Assembly (NCBI GenBank): GCA_963705295.1
Contig: OY970065.1
Coordinates: 320,001 to 384,000, forward strand
Source of the DNA: Parachlamydiales bacterium
Lineage (GTDB): Bacteria > Chlamydiota > Chlamydiia > Chlamydiales > Rhabdochlamydiaceae
Length of the DNA: 64,000 nucleotides
Direction of reading: 5' to 3'
Under the pieces are notes generated by a model that saw only the letters and a list, made by a program, of their open reading frames with translations, ran no database searches and was not told where the DNA came from. The translations under genes were made by a program, and so were the position numbers. This document shows, one piece after another, positions 59,060 to 64,000 of the stretch (its first letter is position 1; every line of letters begins with the position of its first letter).

Positions 59060-59968
59060 ATGCATAAATTAATTTTTTTGTTTTTGATGAGTTTTTCTTT
59101 CCTGCAAGCCCATTGGGAAACATTACTCAAACCGTGTGAAGGGAGAAAACGGAATCACAAAATCGGTGAAATCGACTTCATTTATATGATCAATCTGAAG
59201 GAGAGGCCCGAAAAATGGGACACGAGTTTGAAACAACTCCTTCCTTTTGGAATTTATCCTTATCGGTTTGATGCGATCAATGGATGGAAAATGGATAAAG
59301 AGCTTTTTCAAGGCCTCGGTTGTCCCGAATTAGCAGAAGGGATGACACCGGGCAAGGTAGGATGCCTCCTCAGTCAACTTTCTGTCCTGAAGGATGCCTA
59401 TGATCGAGGATTTAAAACCATTTGGCTGATGGAAGATGACATTCAGGTATATGAAAATCCGAATCAATTATCCAAGCTCATCCCGGCCTTAGATAAACTC
59501 GTAGCCGACTGGGACATCCTCTATACCGATCCAGAAACGAAGGGATTTGATGGAAACCAAGTCCCATGTTTGACCATTAGGCCTCGACCTAATTTACTCC
59601 CCGAACCGATGGAGTTTTATTTACGTCGAAAATCGATCAATAAAACCTTCACAGAAATTGGGATGCGCTATGGATGTTATTCGATGATCATCCGTCAGTC
59701 AGGAATCAAGAAAATTTTGGATTATTTTACCAAATATCGATTTTATTTACCGCTCGATATGGAACTCTTTTTTATCCCTCGATTGAAACAAATCGTTCTC
59801 AATAAAGATTTAATTTCGACCAGGCCTGGCATACCTTCTGATACGGGTCACTCTTTGGAGGAGAATGATCAAATTAAATCTTCCGATGAGTCGCAGGAGG
59901 AATGTTCAAAAGACGACGGTATTTTGCCACCGTCCGACGAGCACAAGGAGAGCCTGCCTGCGACATGA
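59060..59968 (+). CDS. GT25 glycosyltransferase with signal peptide
   Basis: [38 protein letters not shown]-terminus [17 protein letters not shown]. Confidence 0.82.
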   Translation: MHKLIFLFLMSFSFLQAHWETLLKPCEGRKRNHKIGEIDFIYMINLKERPEKWDTSLKQLLPFGIYPYRFDAINGWKMDKELFQGLGCPELAEGMTPGKVGCLLSQLSVLKDAYDRGFKTIWLMEDDIQVYENPNQLSKLIPALDKLVADWDILYTDPETKGFDGNQVPCLTIRPRPNLLPEPMEFYLRRKSINKTFTEIGMRYGCYSMIIRQSGIKKILDYFTKYRFYLPLDMELFFIPRLKQIVLNKDLISTRPGIPSDTGHSLEENDQIKSSDESQEECSKDDGILPPSDEHKESLPAT

Positions 59969-61154
59969 AGTGGGAGAGGTGCTCATCGGAAAGGGGATTT
60001 TGTTTATCTTCCTCTTCGATCATTTTTTTTAAGAGTTTTTTTAAAGTTTGACTGGAGATTTTTTCTCCTTTTTCATTCGTGGATGAAACCTTTTGAAAGA
60101 AATACTTCAATGGGAAAATCCCTTTTGGGCAAGACAGATATTTATCTTTGACTGCTCTCGCAATGGTCGATTCGTGTAGCTGCAGGTGCTCTGCCATTTT
60201 TTGAATGGATAAAGGTTCAAGTTCATCCTTCTTTCCAGAAAAAAAAGAGGCGTGATTTTCTAGTAAATGACGGGTGATTTGTGTCAAAATCTGTGACCTT
60301 CTGGCCAAAACTTTTTCCATCCATTTTCCACGAGCATAATGGTGAGAAAGATGGGCAAAGGAGGGGGCATGGAGAATGTACCGTGGTATGTCACTGTCAT
60401 TGATTTTGATCTGGTACTCTTGGTCGATCTGCTCGATGATGATATCGGGGATGGGTGTCGGGGACATTTTCGATGTGAACTTGGCTCCTGGATGAAAATC
60501 GAGAGGAGAAATTTCTTTTCGAAGAACTGCTTGGATATCTGAGCTCTTCAAATGGAGCTCTTTACCAATCAAAGATAACCTTCCCTGCAACAAATGGTGA
60601 AAATAGTTTTGAATCAGGAGATAACTCAAGCACTTCTCTTTTTTTTGCAGTTTCAATTGGATGAGAAGACATTCTTGGAGGGTCCGTGCACCAATCCCGG
60701 GTGGATCAAACGATTGTATGATGGCTAGAACATCGGCGTCGACTTCGGTTGTTCCTAAGAACCCTTTTTCATCGAGGTTTCCAATGATATTTTCGGCTTG
60801 TCCGAGTTCTTCCTGAGTTGAAAAAGCTGATAGTGCTTGCTGCATCAAGTGGTCATAGAGGGATATCGATGGTGAGGCGACTTCAAGAGGTGAAAATTCG
60901 GTTTGCTCTTCTGGGAAAATACCTTGAACAAATGTCTCATCGAGATGTTCTAAGATCTCAAAACCGGTTTTCTCGACATCGAGTTCTTCTTCCGATCTCT
61001 CTTCCTCAAATTGAAGCACGGGATTTTCTTCGATCTGCTGCTGAACCCAAGCCGCGAGCTCTGTCACAGGCAATTGCAACACCTGCAAGGCTTGCTGCAT
61101 TGCCAGAGACATATTCATCGATTGTTGAGGCTTTAGTTTTAATTCTAATTTCAT
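59874..61154 (-). CDS. rpoN: RNA polymerase sigma-54
   Basis: RpoN box [33 protein letters not shown]. Confidence 0.97.
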   Translation of the reverse strand: MKLELKLKPQQSMNMSLAMQQALQVLQLPVTELAAWVQQQIEENPVLQFEEERSEEELDVEKTGFEILEHLDETFVQGIFPEEQTEFSPLEVASPSISLYDHLMQQALSAFSTQEELGQAENIIGNLDEKGFLGTTEVDADVLAIIQSFDPPGIGARTLQECLLIQLKLQKKEKCLSYLLIQNYFHHLLQGRLSLIGKELHLKSSDIQAVLRKEISPLDFHPGAKFTSKMSPTPIPDIIIEQIDQEYQIKINDSDIPRYILHAPSFAHLSHHYARGKWMEKVLARRSQILTQITRHLLENHASFFSGKKDELEPLSIQKMAEHLQLHESTIARAVKDKYLSCPKGIFPLKYFFQKVSSTNEKGEKISSQTLKKLLKKMIEEEDKQNPLSDEHLSHFMSQAGSPCARRTVAKYRRLLNIPPATHRKI

Positions 61155-61187
61155 ATATAATACCACTCATATAATATAAATAATTAT

Positions 61188-62135
61188 ATGAAAATAGCCG
61201 TTTTAAGCTGTGCTGGATTAGGAGACTGCCTTTTAACCCTTATTCTTTCCCATAATCTTCATAGTCAAGGGCATGAGGTGACGACGTTCCATCCTTTCAT
61301 GACCGAGTTGCAAAGCTGGTTTCCCCATCTTCCCATCCAACCTTTCCATCCCGATTTAAATAACTTTGATCGATTTTTCATTTTTTACGAGAAATCCGAG
61401 TGGATGCTAAAAGCTCTTCATGAATGTCTTCAGAATTACCGTGAAAAGACGACCGTTTTGAATCCGATCGCCACACCCAATACCGATTATCCGTATTGGG
61501 AAGAAGGCCGTTTTGATGGCCGTCTCCTCTTTGCCGACAATCTCGCGGCTTTTTGCCGAGATCTTCTTGGTATCCAAAGTGCAACCAAAAATAACGATAT
61601 TTCTATTCCTCCAGACGTCACTCCTCGGAAATATGCAAATCGGATCATCATCCACCCCACCAGCTCTAGGCCTGGAAAGAACTGGCCCCGCTCAAAATTC
61701 TTAAAACTGGCGGAAAAACTCACCTGTTTAGGTTATGAACCGGTCTTTACTGTATCTCCCAAAGAACGGAAGGAATGGCCGGAAGCACCGGAGTTTTCAA
61801 ATTTGGAACAAGTCGCTCGGTTTGTCTGTGAATCGGGATGGATGATCGGAAACGATTCGGGCATTGGCCATTTGGCGTCGTCCCTTGGAGTTCCTACGGT
61901 TTCTCTTTTTAGGAACCGGCGGACGGCTGACTTCTGGAGGCCCTCATTTGCACCGAGTGCCATCTGTCTACCTCGAGGATGGCTGCCGAATATCAAAGGG
62001 TTTCGGTGGAGGGATCACTACTGGTATTGGAATCTATCCGTCGATGCTGTACTCAGAACTTTTCAAGAGTTTTGCGTACTTTGCGACAAGAGTGCGGGTG
62101 AGGCGGCTCTGGGGAAAGAACACGTCGTACGTTAA
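61188..62135 (+). CDS. GT9 (heptosyltransferase-family) glycosyltransferase
   Basis: GLGDCL, IHP...KNWP, IGNDSGIGHLASSLGVPTVSLF. Confidence 0.88.
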   Translation: MKIAVLSCAGLGDCLLTLILSHNLHSQGHEVTTFHPFMTELQSWFPHLPIQPFHPDLNNFDRFFIFYEKSEWMLKALHECLQNYREKTTVLNPIATPNTDYPYWEEGRFDGRLLFADNLAAFCRDLLGIQSATKNNDISIPPDVTPRKYANRIIIHPTSSRPGKNWPRSKFLKLAEKLTCLGYEPVFTVSPKERKEWPEAPEFSNLEQVARFVCESGWMIGNDSGIGHLASSLGVPTVSLFRNRRTADFWRPSFAPSAICLPRGWLPNIKGFRWRDHYWYWNLSVDAVLRTFQEFCVLCDKSAGEAALGKEHVVR

Positions 62136-64000
62136 ACCGAGTGATGTTTCGTAACTTTTTGCAATAATACCGATACCAAAATCTCGATGGTGGACGGTAT
62201 CTCCCACGGAAAATTCGACAGATTCTTCAATAGGGGAAGGTTTGGGATTAAGGTGGTGGATATATTCAGGAGGAATTTCATTCAAAAACCGACTCGGTCT
62301 CATGAGACGAGCCCCACCCCATAAAAAACGGTATTTTGCAGCCGTGAGATAGAGTCTTTCTTTGGCCCGGGTCATCCCGACGTAGCAAAGTCTCCTCTCC
62401 TCTTGCAGAGCGGCTTCATCTTCTTTTGCATTGACGTGAGGAAAAAGATCTTCTTCCATCCCGACGAGAAAAACAACCGAGAATTCAAGTCCTTTCCCAT
62501 TGTGAAGAGTCATCAGTTTGACCGTCTCGGTATACGCGTTGGTATCTACGGATGTCTTTAGAGTGAGCTCCTCGAGAAAGGCAGCTAAGTGGCCTTCTCG
62601 ATTTTCTTGTTCCCACTCGAGTGCTTTAGAAACGAGTTCTGCGAGGTTTTCCCGTCTTTCTTCATAGGTTTCGGGATCTTCTTTCAGATAATTGTCGTAT
62701 TTGGACCTCTCAATCGCTTCGGAGATCATCAAATTGAGCGGAATTCTCTCCCGGGCCATTTCACGGAGTGCGTCAATGATAGAAATATATTCTTTGAGCC
62801 CTTCCCACTGCCGGGTACTCATTTTCATAGAGGCTTTCCGTTCCACTAACGCCCGGCAATAGTCGAGAATGGGTAAAGAGGTTTCCAAGGCTCCTTCCTG
62901 GAGCTTCGCGAGCGAGGTTTCTCCAAAGCCCCGCTTCGGCAGGTTGATACTCCGAGCTAGCGCAATAAAATCCGAGGTTGTCACGGCCAAACGTAAATAC
63001 GACAAAATATCTTTGATTTCACGTCTTTGATAAAACGAAACGCCACCAATAATGACGTACGGGATGCGCAATTTTAAAAGCATATCCTCAAAGATACGAG
63101 ATTGAAAGTTGGTCCGGTAAAATATAACACAATCATTTAATGAAAACTCACTTTGATGCTTGAGCAATTTTCGACTGACAAATTCGGCTTCTCCATGGTC
63201 ATTGTCAGCGATATAAAGTTCGATCTTCTCTCCAGGGCCCAGCGTGCTCCAGAGATTTTTTTCATACCGCGACGGATTGTGTTGGATGAGTCCATTGGCG
63301 GCATTCAAAATGATCGATTTACTCCGATAATTCTGCTCGAGTGTGATCATCTGGGATCCTGGAAAATCGGTCTCAAAATTTAAAATATTATCGACATTGG
63401 CACCGCGCCATGAATAGATCGATTGATCGGGGTCGCCGACGGCAAAGATATTTTGATGCTTTTCTGCCAAACATTGGACGAGCTTATGCTGGGCATGGTT
63501 GGTATCTTGGTATTCATCAATGAGAATGAAACTCCACCGGTCTTGGTAGATTTTTAAAATCTCTGGGCTATGAAAAAGCTGAATTGGAAGGTAGAGAAGA
63601 TCGTCGAAATCGACAGCTTGGTAACTTTTTAGTCTCGCTTGATAGAGCTGATAGATCGAGCCGAGCACCGGATCTTCTCGTGCTATGTTTTCGGGAGTCA
63701 GCAAACTGTTTTTTGCCCCCGAAATTTGCATCCGCACCGTTTTCGAAAATCCTTTTTCCTCTTTGATATTCAAAGACTTCAAGCATTCATTTAAAAGCTT
63801 TTCGCTGTCATCTTCATCATAGATTGTAAAATCCCGCTGATAGCCTAAATGATGGATCGATTCGCGCAAAATTCTCGCACCAAGGCTATGGAATGTACAG
63901 GTGAGAATGAACTGCTGGGATATTTTTTCGACTCTGCTGCGCATTTCTTCTGCAGCTTTATTGGTAAACGTCACCGCCAGAATTTCATCGGATGGAATGC
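62034..64000 (-). CDS. uvrD: UvrD/PcrA helicase; 5' end lies outside the window
   Basis: TFTNKAA, DEYQD, VGDPDQSIY, LEQNYRS, KGLEF, EERRLCYVGMTRA. Confidence 0.97.
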   Translation of the reverse strand, partial: IPSDEILAVTFTNKAAEEMRSRVEKISQQFILTCTFHSLGARILRESIHHLGYQRDFTIYDEDDSEKLLNECLKSLNIKEEKGFSKTVRMQISGAKNSLLTPENIAREDPVLGSIYQLYQARLKSYQAVDFDDLLYLPIQLFHSPEILKIYQDRWSFILIDEYQDTNHAQHKLVQCLAEKHQNIFAVGDPDQSIYSWRGANVDNILNFETDFPGSQMITLEQNYRSKSIILNAANGLIQHNPSRYEKNLWSTLGPGEKIELYIADNDHGEAEFVSRKLLKHQSEFSLNDCVIFYRTNFQSRIFEDMLLKLRIPYVIIGGVSFYQRREIKDILSYLRLAVTTSDFIALARSINLPKRGFGETSLAKLQEGALETSLPILDYCRALVERKASMKMSTRQWEGLKEYISIIDALREMARERIPLNLMISEAIERSKYDNYLKEDPETYEERRENLAELVSKALEWEQENREGHLAAFLEELTLKTSVDTNAYTETVKLMTLHNGKGLEFSVVFLVGMEEDLFPHVNAKEDEAALQEERRLCYVGMTRAKERLYLTAAKYRFLWGGARLMRPSRFLNEIPPEYIHHLNPKPSPIEESVEFSVGDTVHHRDFGIGIIAKSYETSLGLTYDVFFPQSRLTRTLVAKYAKLLKSSEYSIDG

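Noticed and set aside
1..64000. CRISPR array, rRNA, integrase or transposase
   Set aside because: I saw no regularly spaced short direct repeats and no such coding or rRNA motifs.

Overview
The window reads as chromosome of an environmental member of Chlamydiae. Evidence: TopA with a C-terminal SWIB domain, a ~720-aa GreA, a double-length ThyX, a short GlmU-like gene coupled to ispA, and a glucokinase, which Chlamydiaceae lack. A housekeeping backbone (tRNA-Pro, ung, ispA, recA, glk, oppA, rdgB, greA, hemB, thyX, tyrP, uvrB, topA, copA, rpoN, uvrD) is interspersed with accessory genes. Main observations: (1) a tandem array of four secreted ~470-aa paralogues with ten conserved cysteines, a near-identical scaffold, short hypervariable segments and mosaic sharing, placed head-to-head with a secreted PQQ-type beta-propeller gene; (2) a Wzx/Wzy-type polysaccharide locus with genes for a C-methylated CDP-6-deoxysugar; (3) glycosyltransferases with export signals, including a degenerate ABO-like GT6; (4) a C10 tract in the 17-bp spacer of a promoter for a secreted protein, suggesting phase variation; (5) two palindromic intergenic elements; (6) an expression architecture of apparently leaderless promoters, overlapping convergent gene ends and C-rich gene 3' ends; (7) two frameshifted genes and candidate eukaryote-like effectors. 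All family calls come from motif recognition by eye; no searches were run.
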